Assembly (NCBI RefSeq): GCF_024320785.1
Contig: NZ_JANDBC010000001.1
Span: forward strand, 236,617-268,616
Direction: 5' to 3'
From: Gracilimonas sediminicola
Lineage (GTDB): Bacteria > Bacteroidota > Rhodothermia > Balneolales > Balneolaceae
Length of the DNA stretch: 32,000 nt
Below, one piece after another: positions 1 to 9,490 of this stretch. The notes under the pieces are model-generated. The model was not told the DNA's origin, did not search any database, and was given only the letters and a program-made list of their open reading frames with translations. A program made the position numbers and the translations under genes. Each line of letters starts with the position of its first letter. Within the stretch, counting starts at the first letter, position 1.

Positions 1-3000
1 AATTGTTTTCAATACTGGTTAGGGTTCCACCGATATTCAGCACTAATTCTACAGGCACCCGTTGGGCGTTTTCAGGATCCCTGGAACCGGTGCTGCTCAG
101 GGTGTTGATATCAGGCCGGGCACGATAAATGGCATTCAGGTTCAGGCTTGCATTTGCCGGATCTCCCTCCCATGTAATGGTACCGCCTGATTCCAGCTCA
201 AACCGGCGGGTAAAGATATCGCCACTCACAAACTGGTAGTTCCCGCCTGTGATATCAAAACGGCCAAACATGGATACCTGTTCGTCTTCCAGCAAAATAC
301 GCAGGCGACCGGTACCATCGGCAGTTACGATATCGCCGGTAACCGGATCAAAAATCAGCCGCACCGTCATCGGGTTGGTTGCCACAAACTGCAGATCTAA
401 AGTAAAACGCTCAGCAAAGGTAAGCTCATCCTCCGGTTGGCCCTGTTCGTCATTAATTCGATTTCGGGAATTAGTGGAATTAACCCCTGACCGTAGATCG
501 TCCACATCAAAAGAATTCACGAAACGTATAAACCGGTTGTCTTCATTGAATTCCGTTTCCTCTAATAAAGGGATGGAAATCTGTGAAAAATCCGAAATAA
601 CAATGGGCTGTTCCGTCCGAAGCACCGGATTCATATTGGTACCGGAAATGGTGACCGTGCTGGAGCCATAGGCCTGTCCAAAAAACGCTACGGTTGGGTC
701 GAAGGAGCTGTTCAGGAACTGAAACTCATCCATATCCAGGCTTATCCGAAGGCTGTCGGTTGGGCCAAAATTATTCAAATCATAAAAACCGCTCAGAATG
801 GCACTACCACCCGAAGGATCAATAAAGTAAATATCATTAAAAGTGAAGCCTTCGTACCGGTTAAAGGTTAGGCTGCCCTGTGCATAGTAGTAGGTATCCA
901 GAAATTGGGGGCGGATGTAAGCGGCGTCTTCTGTACCCACAATAAATTCTGATTCAAAATCATAGTTCTCCAGATTTCCCCAGATTTTACCCGTTCCGTT
1001 AGCCAGCCCCGCGGCTTCAGCAAACACCTTCGGACCTATGTACGGTAAAATCCACATGTCAATATTCTCAAACTCTATGTCAAACTGATAAAGCGAATCG
1101 ACTGCCGGAAAATTACCTTCTTTTGGAGCCAGGACGTACCCGTCTATATTAAAGTTCTGCCCTTTACGATCGTTGTTGGCATAGTATTGGGGATACTTGG
1201 CCGAATCCGTACTTACGGAGATATTGGTATCAAAACGGTCTAAGGATTGATTGTATCTACTGGTGAGCAGGATATCACCGAAAAGTGTGTTGTCCAGGTT
1301 AAAGGCTTCAACATCAATTTCACCCTGTATGGTCGGCACGGTAGTCAGCGTTCGGGTGGTGAATTTCCCATTTACAATTCCCCCAAACCTGACTCTTCCT
1401 CCTATCAAATCTGAAAGACGGCCCAGGTTCACTTCTCCAATGTTATAGTTTACCGAATCTTCCGTTGAGCTGCTGAAGGTGCCGTTTACCTGAACAAACT
1501 GGGAGTCACTTTCAAAGACAAAATCTTTCAGCGTTAGTTTTTCATCCGATTGATAGCGAAGCATGGGAGTTCCGTCATTAGCCCATCTAAAGGTGCCGGT
1601 ACCCAGCGTGAAATCATGGATGAATAATGAAATTGCCTCTTCGGAAATATCCCCTCCGGCATGGAACGAGAATGAAGCATCATCGGCTAACTCTCGAATA
1701 TTACTTCTCAGCTCAACGGAATCCTGGTTGAAATTAGCCGCAAAATCAAAATCCCTGCCTACTACTGTGTTATAATCAATCTGAGCTGCATTGGCCTGAA
1801 ACTGAAGACCGGAAAAGTCTTTCAGGTCCGCCTCCCTGCGGAAGCCCCCGGTGGTTTGTATCATTAAAGAGTCGGCTTCGAAGTCCCGGATTCTCGTCTT
1901 ACTATCTACCAGGGTAGCATTAAAAAGCAGCCGCTGAGAATTCACATTCACCGTAGAATTAATGCGGGCAGAAGTTGAAATACGTGGGAAATCCGGGAAG
2001 TATGAGGTAATCAACCCAAGGTTTTTCAATCTCCCGGAGATAGTTAGGTTTTGGTTACGGCTGATTTGGGTGGAATCTTTAATGGTCGTCAAACTATCAA
2101 AAGCGATTTCTTCCCTCACCCGGTTGGTAAAATACCGGCTCCACTGCCCGCTTAGAACCAGCAAATCGGCCGGCACAAAATCCCCTTGCACGGTGGCATC
2201 AAAGGCGGTAGAGGTCAAACGCAGAATTCGCTGTTGGGCATCGGGCTCGTTGAAATCAACATATATTTGGTGGCGACCCAGTGTATCATCCCCGGCCACT
2301 GCACGGGTAATATCAAGGCTCACCTGCCCGTACAAGTCGTTCCACTCTTTGCCCATTAAGCTCAGATCGTATTCCATATCCGCATACACTTCCCGCATGC
2401 GATTGTCTTGCACAATTTCATTTAGAAATATATTACCGGCTTCACCTTTTAAAGAGTAGGACGGAATCGAAGTGGTTAGGTCAATAGTACCATTTGTGGT
2501 TAAAAGCGCCCCATTTACTTCCGCTCTGATATCCGGTTCAATCAAACCATCGTTCCAGTTTGCCAATATCACAACCTGGTTAAACCGGCGGTTGTCAAAT
2601 GCCCCCTGTTGTGATCTGATTACCAGTCCGCCTTCGCTTTCTCTCAGGTTGAAAGAGGTGCTTTTAATCTCCCCATTCAGGGTTAAATCGGTAGATTGTA
2701 TTCGGGGGTCAATCAAATTTCCTAAATCAAGGGAGTCGGAATTGAAGCTGAGATCAAAACCAATGCGGTTACCCCAGTTCCAAACCCCGTCAACCTGAAA
2801 CTGCCCACGCTCCATATTCTGAGCCATGATATTCGTTGAGGTGGTGTCTGTAGTACCCGAAATTTCCCCTTCAAACCGGGTGGAGGTTAAGGCGTCGATC
2901 TGCGCAGTGGTGAGTGCCGAGCTTACAAGCTCAAGCTCTTTTTGTGCCAAAACAACTGCTTCCAGGCTTACGTTGTAAGACAGCTTATCAACACTTCTAA

Positions 3001-4027
3001 GATTTTTTACGGTACCATTTAAATCTGCAAAACTTTCTCCGATACTCAGTTCAACAGTGCTGAAATACAGGGAGTCGAGCGTACCTTCACCGGTCAGTTT
3101 ACCTTTAATATCACTTTGAAGCTCAGGGACATCAGGGAAAAAACGGGTGATATAGGATGTTTCCAGCGCCAATCGATCCACAGTTAAACTAAGGGTAGCC
3201 TCTTTAAGCTGTTGTTGAACTCCTCCATCCAGCATATTCACCCCTTCAGCCTCACCGCTGAACCGACCGCTTGAATTACCGGACTTAATATTGAGAGCAT
3301 TCAGTTCCAGGAACCGGGAGTCGTTATAAATTTGACCAAATAACTCAACGGTTGGGATATCAAATTCAGGCACATCAAACTGTATCCGGTTGATATCTAC
3401 AAATCGCTGATCGTTGGTAAATTCAAAAAACATATCCATCTGAACATTCCGGATGTTCAGGCTATCGGAAGAGGTTACCCGGTTTGGATTTTCAAAGGCA
3501 TTCCGCACCACAAAGTTACCATCCCGAACAATTACAGAAGGAATGATAATCTGAAAACCCGAGCCCGACTCATTTTCTGAACTTACCGATCCTGCTGTAA
3601 GGTTTGATTTCAGTTTAAAAGCCTCATCCAAAGAAAATTCAGATTCCGGATCCACAACTCCTTTCGGCGATTCTACCTGAAGTGCATTAATTACCACCCT
3701 GTTCCTGAGCAGAGACCAAACATCCAAACTGGCATTGATGGAGCTCGTCTCAAATACCGGCCGGAATTCCGAGGAATCCGGGTAAATTTTAACGTTATTC
3801 ATTTGCATACGGAGCGGCAAGAGGCCTTCAAGCTGACCAATGCTCAGCACACCCTCAAAATTCTGACTGAACCGGTCCTGAAGTTCCACAGCCACCTGAT
3901 CTTTTACCGGCTGAAGCTGCATCAACCCAAAAGCTGCCCCAAAAACGAGGGCAATTGTCAACACCAGCACCCCGATAAAGGTCCAGAAAATATTCCAGGA
4001 TTTATGTAACCAGCGTATGTATGCCAC
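1..4027 (-). CDS. tamB: TamB-like translocation/assembly module protein (DUF490/AsmA-like), C-terminus truncated by the window edge
   Basis: Open minus-strand frame from a GTG at 4027-4025 (VAYIRWLHKSWNIFWTFIGVLVLTIALVFGAAFGLMQLQPVKDQVAVELQDRF...) to position 1 (...VPVELVLNIGGTLTSIENN). It has one N-terminal TM helix followed by a very long beta-rich sequence. Not in the ORF track, probably because it has no stop in the window. I spot-checked both ends, not every codon. Confidence 0.78.
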   Translation of the reverse strand, partial: MAYIRWLHKSWNIFWTFIGVLVLTIALVFGAAFGLMQLQPVKDQVAVELQDRFSQNFEGVLSIGQLEGLLPLRMQMNNVKIYPDSSEFRPVFETSSINASLDVWSLLRNRVVINALQVESPKGVVDPESEFSLDEAFKLKSNLTAGSVSSENESGSGFQIIIPSVIVRDGNFVVRNAFENPNRVTSSDSLNIRNVQMDMFFEFTNDQRFVDINRIQFDVPEFDIPTVELFGQIYNDSRFLELNALNIKSGNSSGRFSGEAEGVNMLDGGVQQQLKEATLSLTVDRLALETSYITRFFPDVPELQSDIKGKLTGEGTLDSLYFSTVELSIGESFADLNGTVKNLRSVDKLSYNVSLEAVVLAQKELELVSSALTTAQIDALTSTRFEGEISGTTDTTSTNIMAQNMERGQFQVDGVWNWGNRIGFDLSFNSDSLDLGNLIDPRIQSTDLTLNGEIKSTSFNLRESEGGLVIRSQQGAFDNRRFNQVVILANWNDGLIEPDIRAEVNGALLTTNGTIDLTTSIPSYSLKGEAGNIFLNEIVQDNRMREVYADMEYDLSLMGKEWNDLYGQVSLDITRAVAGDDTLGRHQIYVDFNEPDAQQRILRLTSTAFDATVQGDFVPADLLVLSGQWSRYFTNRVREEIAFDSLTTIKDSTQISRNQNLTISGRLKNLGLITSYFPDFPRISTSARINSTVNVNSQRLLFNATLVDSKTRIRDFEADSLMIQTTGGFRREADLKDFSGLQFQANAAQIDYNTVVGRDFDFAANFNQDSVELRSNIRELADDASFSFHAGGDISEEAISLFIHDFTLGTGTFRWANDGTPMLRYQSDEKLTLKDFVFESDSQFVQVNGTFSSSTEDSVNYNIGEVNLGRLSDLIGGRVRFGGIVNGKFTTRTLTTVPTIQGEIDVEAFNLDNTLFGDILLTSRYNQSLDRFDTNISVSTDSAKYPQYYANNDRKGQNFNIDGYVLAPKEGNFPAVDSLYQFDIEFENIDMWILPYIGPKVFAEAAGLANGTGKIWGNLENYDFESEFIVGTEDAAYIRPQFLDTYYYAQGSLTFNRYEGFTFNDIYFIDPSGGSAILSGFYDLNNFGPTDSLRISLDMDEFQFLNSSFDPTVAFFGQAYGSSTVTISGTNMNPVLRTEQPIVISDFSQISIPLLEETEFNEDNRFIRFVNSFDVDDLRSGVNSTNSRNRINDEQGQPEDELTFAERFTLDLQFVATNPMTVRLIFDPVTGDIVTADGTGRLRILLEDEQVSMFGRFDITGGNYQFVSGDIFTRRFELESGGTITWEGDPANASLNLNAIYRARPDINTLSSTGSRDPENAQRVPVELVLNIGGTLTSIENN

Positions 4028-5118
4028 TATGTAAAAATGTTTAGCGTGTGTTCCCAGGCCCGTTGCACAAAGGCAGTGTCGGATACTTTATAAACGTAGG
4101 GAGAACTTAATTCCTTCAGTAAGATGAGTTGTATTTGCTCGTCTTTCACTTTCTTATCGGTTTTCATGAGGTACACCAATTCTTCCGGGGAGGCCTTTAC
4201 TTCATTCAAATTCAGCTTATACAACGGCTTGAACTGCATTAAATTGGATAAATCAATATTAGCACCTAAAGAATTGGAAGCGTGAACGGCGGCAATCATT
4301 CCGGCATAAACGGCCTCACCGTGGGAATACAACTTATAGTCACCTTGCTTTTCAATAACGTGAGCAAAAGTATGGCCGAAATTCAAAAAAGCCCGCTTCC
4401 CGGCTTCAAGTACATCTTCAGCTACAATTTCAACTTTAATCTTTGCACTTTGCTGAATCAAGGGCAACCAGGACTTCCCGTCAACAAAGGTATTCTCCTT
4501 TATCAACGTGTTTACCTGCTCAAGGATTTCAGGGCTGTGAATCATTCCGTATTTAAGCACTTCACTCAGTCCATTTACCCATTCTTTTTCCGGGAGGGTT
4601 TCGAGGTATTTAACATCTGCAAATACCGCCGCAGGCTGATAGAAACTACCAACCAGGTTTTTCCCGGTATGATGATTGATGCCGGTTTTCCCTCCAATCG
4701 AGCTATCCACCATAGCCAGCAAAGTGGTTGGAATGTGGATGAGCGGAAGTCCGCGTAACACCGTAGCTGCCACAAAGCCGGACAGATCACCGGTTACTCC
4801 GCCACCAATCGCGATCAGCGGTGTTCCTCTTTCGGCACCTTCACTTAAAACAAAATCGACGGCCTGCTTATAGATTTCGATGTTCTTCGCCTGCTCTCCC
4901 CGGGGGACTTCAAAAATGTGAAGCTCGTTAAAGTGAGATTTCAGTGCCTTCTCAAAATGAGTGCGGTGATGCTTCAGTACAAAAGCATCCACCATCAAAA
5001 AGGCTTTTGCGGAGCCGTAATGCTGTACAAACTCCTCCAGTTCTGCACTTAAATCGTAGCCAAAGTGCAATTCGTAAATATCTTCCGTGGAAGTTTGGAC
5101 TGAAATAGAATCAGACAT
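4027..5118 (-). CDS. aroB: 3-dehydroquinate synthase
   Basis: 363 aa with typical AroB motifs (EVPRGEQAKNIEIYKQAVDFVLSEGAERGTPLIAIGGGVTGDLSGFVAATVLRGLPLIHIPTTLLAMVDSSIGGKTGINH; NFGHTFAHVIE). Adjacent to aroK. Confidence 0.97.
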   Translation of the reverse strand: MSDSISVQTSTEDIYELHFGYDLSAELEEFVQHYGSAKAFLMVDAFVLKHHRTHFEKALKSHFNELHIFEVPRGEQAKNIEIYKQAVDFVLSEGAERGTPLIAIGGGVTGDLSGFVAATVLRGLPLIHIPTTLLAMVDSSIGGKTGINHHTGKNLVGSFYQPAAVFADVKYLETLPEKEWVNGLSEVLKYGMIHSPEILEQVNTLIKENTFVDGKSWLPLIQQSAKIKVEIVAEDVLEAGKRAFLNFGHTFAHVIEKQGDYKLYSHGEAVYAGMIAAVHASNSLGANIDLSNLMQFKPLYKLNLNEVKASPEELVYLMKTDKKVKDEQIQLILLKELSSPYVYKVSDTAFVQRAWEHTLNIFT

Positions 5119-5674
5119 GCCGGGTAATTTTTTCGATGGCCGCTTCCGTCATTTCCTCAACAGATGAAAATAACGGTGTTTTAATTGCAACCTGAGCCTG
5201 TTTGTAGAATTTTTCTCGACCTGAATATAAGGCTTTCAGCTCTGTAAAGAGAGTATCCCTGGATTTAATTTTTCCGTCCTTATTAAACAAAATCGGGCGC
5301 TCATCGCTTTGCAGCACTCTGTCGGTTATTTGTTCCAAAGGCGTATCCACAAAAAGCAGCAACCCGTTCACCTTCAGGTGATCAACAATGCGCTGATTTT
5401 GCAGGGCTCCCCCGCCCAGCGACACCACTCCTCTGAAATTACGGGTCAGATCAAGCAGGTATTCCCACTCTTTTTCCCGGAAGTAGTGCTCTCCGTGCTC
5501 ATCGAAGATGGCGCGGATGCTTTTGCCCTCCCTTTCAACAATAACCTCATCCAGGTCGCGGTATTCCCGCTCCAGCTTCCCGGCCAGGGCTTTGCCGAGT
5601 GTGCTTTTCCCGGATGCCATGAAGCCACACAGGTACATACTGTCTTTAAATTTTTGCAGTCGGTAAGAATTCAT
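5111..5674 (-). CDS. aroK: shikimate kinase
   Basis: 187 aa; Walker A GFMASGKSTLGKALA, DEVIVEREGKSIRAIF, and GGGALQN. Overlaps aroB by 8 bp. Confidence 0.95.
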   Translation of the reverse strand: MNSYRLQKFKDSMYLCGFMASGKSTLGKALAGKLEREYRDLDEVIVEREGKSIRAIFDEHGEHYFREKEWEYLLDLTRNFRGVVSLGGGALQNQRIVDHLKVNGLLLFVDTPLEQITDRVLQSDERPILFNKDGKIKSRDTLFTELKALYSGREKFYKQAQVAIKTPLFSSVEEMTEAAIEKITRHV

Positions 5675-7254
5675 TTCGCAGGTTTTTTAGGAGTCACCAT
5701 TTCCACCTCTTCCCGATCCACAACTACCGCACCGGGGGGCGAACCTTTGGGTTTGCGCACGTATTTCTTTTTGGTGATGATCACCGGAGCCAGCTTCGAT
5801 CCTTTTGCCTTTGAATTATAGGCAGCGTATGAAGCAGCCTCCAGCAGCACCTTCTTTTCAGGCATGCCTTTGTCATTCCCCATTCTGATGACCAGGTGAG
5901 AGCCGGGAACACCGCGGGCGTGCATCCAAACATCCTCTTTGTGGGCTTTCTGAACCAATGTATCGTTGCTTTTGGCATTCTTCCCGATCCATACCGGATA
6001 GCCCTGCACCTCCAGTGTGTGAAAGGGCAGCTGTTCTTCGTCACCCGAATTATCCTGACTTCTGTACTCCTTCAGCTCTTCCTCGCGCTCTTTCTCCCAA
6101 TCCTTAAACTCCCAGAGGTTGGTGATCTCCTCCGCTTCTTCCAACAAACGCTCTGCCTTTTCTTTTTCGTTTTGCATGATGGGGATGCGCTTCATGGCTT
6201 CCTCATACGATTTCTCCGCACCGGCCGACTTCTTGTAATACCGCTGGGCATTCCCGGCTATATCCAGATCAATTTCAAGTGGGATGGTTACCTTTTCGCC
6301 TTCATTATACAGGTCATCCACTTCGATCTCTTCTTTGTTGACATCCCCGAGATGAGCATTGGCCATCAAAATATGTCCCCATTGCTCGTATTTCTCAGCC
6401 CGTTCCAGCCCTTTATCGGCCTGCTCAAGGTTTTGGAGGCCTGATTTGGTCCGTTTAATTTTTCTTTTCAGGCTTTTAAGGAGGGATGACTTACGTTGAC
6501 GGAGCCGCTGATCCCGGGAGTAATTTTTGTACCGATAGAGAATAAGATCGTTTACACTATCGAACTCTTTTTCCGTCTTAACTGGCAGTGTTTCTTCGGA
6601 AAGCAGGGTGGTATCTCCATTTTCCAGAAGACGCGGGAAGGGGTTGTTTTCCATTTCATCACAAACTTTACGAACGAACTCCTGAAGCTCCTCCTCCCCC
6701 GCTTCATCAAGGTCATAAATATCAGTCAGCTCCTGAATATTTTGCCGTGGGAACATCGCGTTTATAGCCACTATTTTATTCTTGGTGCTTTTTCGGCTGA
6801 TGTCCTCCTCAATCTCATATACATTCAGTTTCTGAGGACTTGGAGGTTCCTCTTCGGTTTCATCGTACTCTTTAAATACCTCGATGATCTCCCCCTCTTT
6901 GGAAAGAAACACATTCGCGCGATTGCTGAACAGCCTGAAATGCAGCTTGTGCCCGTCTTCAAAATGAATAAACAGCCACCGGTCGGTTTCCGGAATGGTT
7001 ACATCGGTGATTTCAACGCCATAAATCTTCTCAAAAAAATCGATGGTGTTGCTCTTTTTTGCTCCCCGAAAACTGTCTAAATAAAGAGCAATATTTCCCG
7101 GGGCTGAACTGAAGCATAATCGGTGTTTAGCGGCCTCTGTGTGTACAAAAAACTCCAAATAGTTTTTATATGGACTGACCGCCTGCTCGATTTTACCGGC
7201 AGTTAACTTGTTTTTAAGCTCTCGCTTTAGATATATTAGCTCGTAATAGTTCAT
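5671..7254 (-). CDS. NFACT family protein (RqcH/Rqc2-like, NFACT-R/DUF814 domain)
   Basis: 527 aa; C-terminal NFACT-R signature (VEVQGYPVWIGKNAKSNDTLVQKAHKEDVWMHARGVPGSHLVIR...EEVEMVTPKKP), central coiled-coil, and a DR dipeptide in the N-terminal domain (TDRWLFIHFEDG). Confidence 0.85.
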   Translation of the reverse strand: MNYYELIYLKRELKNKLTAGKIEQAVSPYKNYLEFFVHTEAAKHRLCFSSAPGNIALYLDSFRGAKKSNTIDFFEKIYGVEITDVTIPETDRWLFIHFEDGHKLHFRLFSNRANVFLSKEGEIIEVFKEYDETEEEPPSPQKLNVYEIEEDISRKSTKNKIVAINAMFPRQNIQELTDIYDLDEAGEEELQEFVRKVCDEMENNPFPRLLENGDTTLLSEETLPVKTEKEFDSVNDLILYRYKNYSRDQRLRQRKSSLLKSLKRKIKRTKSGLQNLEQADKGLERAEKYEQWGHILMANAHLGDVNKEEIEVDDLYNEGEKVTIPLEIDLDIAGNAQRYYKKSAGAEKSYEEAMKRIPIMQNEKEKAERLLEEAEEITNLWEFKDWEKEREEELKEYRSQDNSGDEEQLPFHTLEVQGYPVWIGKNAKSNDTLVQKAHKEDVWMHARGVPGSHLVIRMGNDKGMPEKKVLLEAASYAAYNSKAKGSKLAPVIITKKKYVRKPKGSPPGAVVVDREEVEMVTPKKPAK

Positions 7255-7281
7255 TTAATTTGAGGGGAAAATACAGGTTTC

Positions 7282-7935
7282 ATGCATTATCCAATATTTA
7301 ATTCTATTGTTAATACCGTAGAAACACAATTGGGGAAAAGAGGGATTAAAGCCGAGAAATTCAGGACCTGGGAAGATAATAAGATTCATGCCACCGGATT
7401 AGAATTAATCATTAGTCTGGACAAAGTTTCAAACTTCATGAATTCGCTTTCCATTAATTTTGACTGGGACAGCTTTAGAGAAACAACTATGGCCAAAGAG
7501 CTGGAAGGTATGAATAGTCATCCGTTTCTCAAGATTGAAACCCTAACTAAATCAACCGTCACTCCTACCATCGATGTTGAAATGAGCTGGCTGTTTGATA
7601 TTGACCGCTGTCAACCCGAAATACCGGGAGAAGCCGGTAATTACCGCATCGAGAAAGCCAGCCGATGGATGGAATCCATCAGTAAAAAAGTAAATGAACT
7701 GCTTGCTAAAGACGACATCATTACCCGCTGGCACATCGAAATTGACGGGGATGAGAACGGCCGCTACCTCTCCGCCATTAACCTTATCTCTTACTTCCAA
7801 TACGAACTGACTTCCCCCAAAAGCCTGGAAGAAGTTCAGCATTTGGTCAGCCGAAAGCTGCAGGATTTACTCCTTAAAGCCAACCGGGTTATTTACCTCG
7901 CCGATGAAATTCTCGATGATTCGGTAGCCGCGTAA
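7282..7935 (+). CDS. hypothetical protein
   Basis: 217 aa ORF starting 27 bp from the divergent NFACT gene; sensible composition, no family recognised. Confidence 0.7.
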   Translation: MHYPIFNSIVNTVETQLGKRGIKAEKFRTWEDNKIHATGLELIISLDKVSNFMNSLSINFDWDSFRETTMAKELEGMNSHPFLKIETLTKSTVTPTIDVEMSWLFDIDRCQPEIPGEAGNYRIEKASRWMESISKKVNELLAKDDIITRWHIEIDGDENGRYLSAINLISYFQYELTSPKSLEEVQHLVSRKLQDLLLKANRVIYLADEILDDSVAA

Positions 7936-7989
7936 TTGCAGCCCGCTCGAATTGGCATCGATGCAGAGCCTCGGTACCCGTAAAAAAGA

Positions 7990-8099
7990 GTCATCCTGAG
8001 GGTACTCCAGAAGGATCTTTGCTCTTACTGGTTGGTAAGCATTTCATAACAAAGGTTCATCCTACCTGCGAAAGACAGGCACTGTCGCTCTGAATGACA
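7990..8099. repeat. imperfect palindromic intergenic element (GTCATCCTGAG...CTCTGAATGAC)
   Basis: gtcatcctgag (7990-8000) and ctctgaatgac (8089-8099) form an imperfect terminal inverted repeat. Confidence 0.5.
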
Positions 8100-8116
8100 A
8101 TCATGGTAATCCTGAA

Positions 8117-8181
8117 ATCAAGCCAATCAAGATTCCTAAGTTTTTGAACCTTGATTTATGGGATTGAAAGATTGGCTTGAT
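8117..8181. repeat. 12-bp inverted repeat with 41-nt spacer
   Basis: atcaagccaatc (8117-8128) is the exact reverse complement of gattggcttgat (8170-8181). Confidence 0.6.
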
Positions 8182-8283
8182 CAATCTAAGCGTAACATTT
8201 TGAAAAGAAATCTTTCCTTAAGATGTCCTAAAAAACATTTCACAACAAAGATCTATTACCTAGCCGGAAGTTCTTTTTTTTTT

Positions 8284-8430
8284 GTCATCGCGAGGAGCCT
8301 GGTTTTGCTATAGGATCAAATAGGTATTCGACGCGGCGATCTCCTTGTCGGGACTCTTTGCCGTTACCGGGAAATTGCTTCGTCGTTATGCATACGGTTC
8401 CTGCGTTTGGCTAAGCCGGCTCCTCGAATT
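8284..8430. repeat. palindromic element beginning GTCATCGCGAGGAGCC and ending GGCTCCTCG
   Basis: cgaggagcc (8291-8299) and ggctcctcg (8418-8426) form an exact 9-bp inverted repeat. Confidence 0.55.
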
Positions 8431-8482
8431 ACCTAACATCTACAGCAATGACCGACTGGTTTAAGAATCAGGCTTAGCTTAC

Positions 8483-9337
8483 TCAGTCGTAGGTGTAAAA
8501 CCCTTCGCCGGTTTTGTTGCCGAGTTTGCCGGCATCCACCATTTTCACCAGCAGAGGAGCCGGGCGGTATTTCGGATCTTTGAAGCCCTCGTAAAGCACG
8601 TTCAGGATATCGAGGCATACATCCAGACCGATAAAATCTGCCAGTCTTAGCGGACCCATCGGATGCGCCATTCCCAGCTTCATCACTTCGTCTACATGCT
8701 CGGCTGTGGCAACGCCCTCTCCCACACAGAAGATGGCCTCGTTAATCATGGGCATCAGCACGCGGTTGCTCACAAAACCGGGAGCATCATTAACCGGAAC
8801 CGGCACTTTATTCAATTTCTCTGAAGCCTCTTTAACTATCTCATAGGTTTCATCATCGGTTTGGAGTCCGCGTACAATCTCAACCAGCTTCATCACCGGA
8901 ACGGGATTAAAGAAGTGCATCCCGATAAACTTCTCCGGGCGCGATGTTAAAGCCGCCAGCTTGGTGATAGAAATAGAAGACGTATTTGATCCCAGAATAG
9001 CATGATCAGGAGCAGCTTTATCTACTTTTTCCCAAACTGTTTTCTTGATCTCAAAATTTTCGGGAACAGCCTCAACAACCAGGTCAACATCCTTCACTCC
9101 TTCTTCAACATCCAGAAAGATGCTGATTCCATCCATAGTTGCTGATTTCTTAGCCTCATCGATCTTTTCTTTCTTCACCATGCGATCCAGGTTCTTCTCG
9201 ATGGTCGCCACGGCTTTATCCGCAAATTCCTGTTTGGTTTCGATGAGATTTACGGAAATGTCATTCATTGCAAATACATGCGCAATTCCATTTCCCATTG
9301 TTCCGCCGCCTATCACAGCTACTTTCTTTACGTCCAT
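8483..9337 (-). CDS. hbd: 3-hydroxybutyryl-CoA dehydrogenase
   Basis: 284 aa; Rossmann motif VAVIGGGTMGNGIAHVFA, GMHFFNPVPVMKLVEIVRG, NDAPGFVSNRVLMPMINEAIF, and GNKTGEGFYTYD. Confidence 0.93.
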   Translation of the reverse strand: MDVKKVAVIGGGTMGNGIAHVFAMNDISVNLIETKQEFADKAVATIEKNLDRMVKKEKIDEAKKSATMDGISIFLDVEEGVKDVDLVVEAVPENFEIKKTVWEKVDKAAPDHAILGSNTSSISITKLAALTSRPEKFIGMHFFNPVPVMKLVEIVRGLQTDDETYEIVKEASEKLNKVPVPVNDAPGFVSNRVLMPMINEAIFCVGEGVATAEHVDEVMKLGMAHPMGPLRLADFIGLDVCLDILNVLYEGFKDPKYRPAPLLVKMVDAGKLGNKTGEGFYTYD

Positions 9338-9490
9338 TTTGTCCGGTTATTTTCAGTTTTAATTTTCATCAGATTAGGGCTTTTGGAAGCGTTTTTCAAG
9401 GAACCAGAGTTCATTTTTTGCAAAAACTTCCCACCCTGAATTAGTTCGTTTAAGGATGTTACTCAATTTAGTAACCAACCGAAGAAAAGC

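Noticed and set aside
249-2798. Plus-strand ORFs of 65-165 aa (249..671, 1251..1448, 1563..1775, 1962..2459, 2472..2798)
   Set aside because: They lie antisense to the continuous tamB reading frame, have serine/arginine-rich shadow-type composition, and show no recognisable domains.
5309-5821. Plus-strand ORF of 170 aa over aroK
   Set aside because: Antisense to a well-supported shikimate kinase gene.
5896-7080. Plus-strand ORFs 5896..6444 and 6496..7080 (182 and 194 aa)
   Set aside because: Antisense to the strongly supported NFACT gene; typical mirror-frame ORFs.
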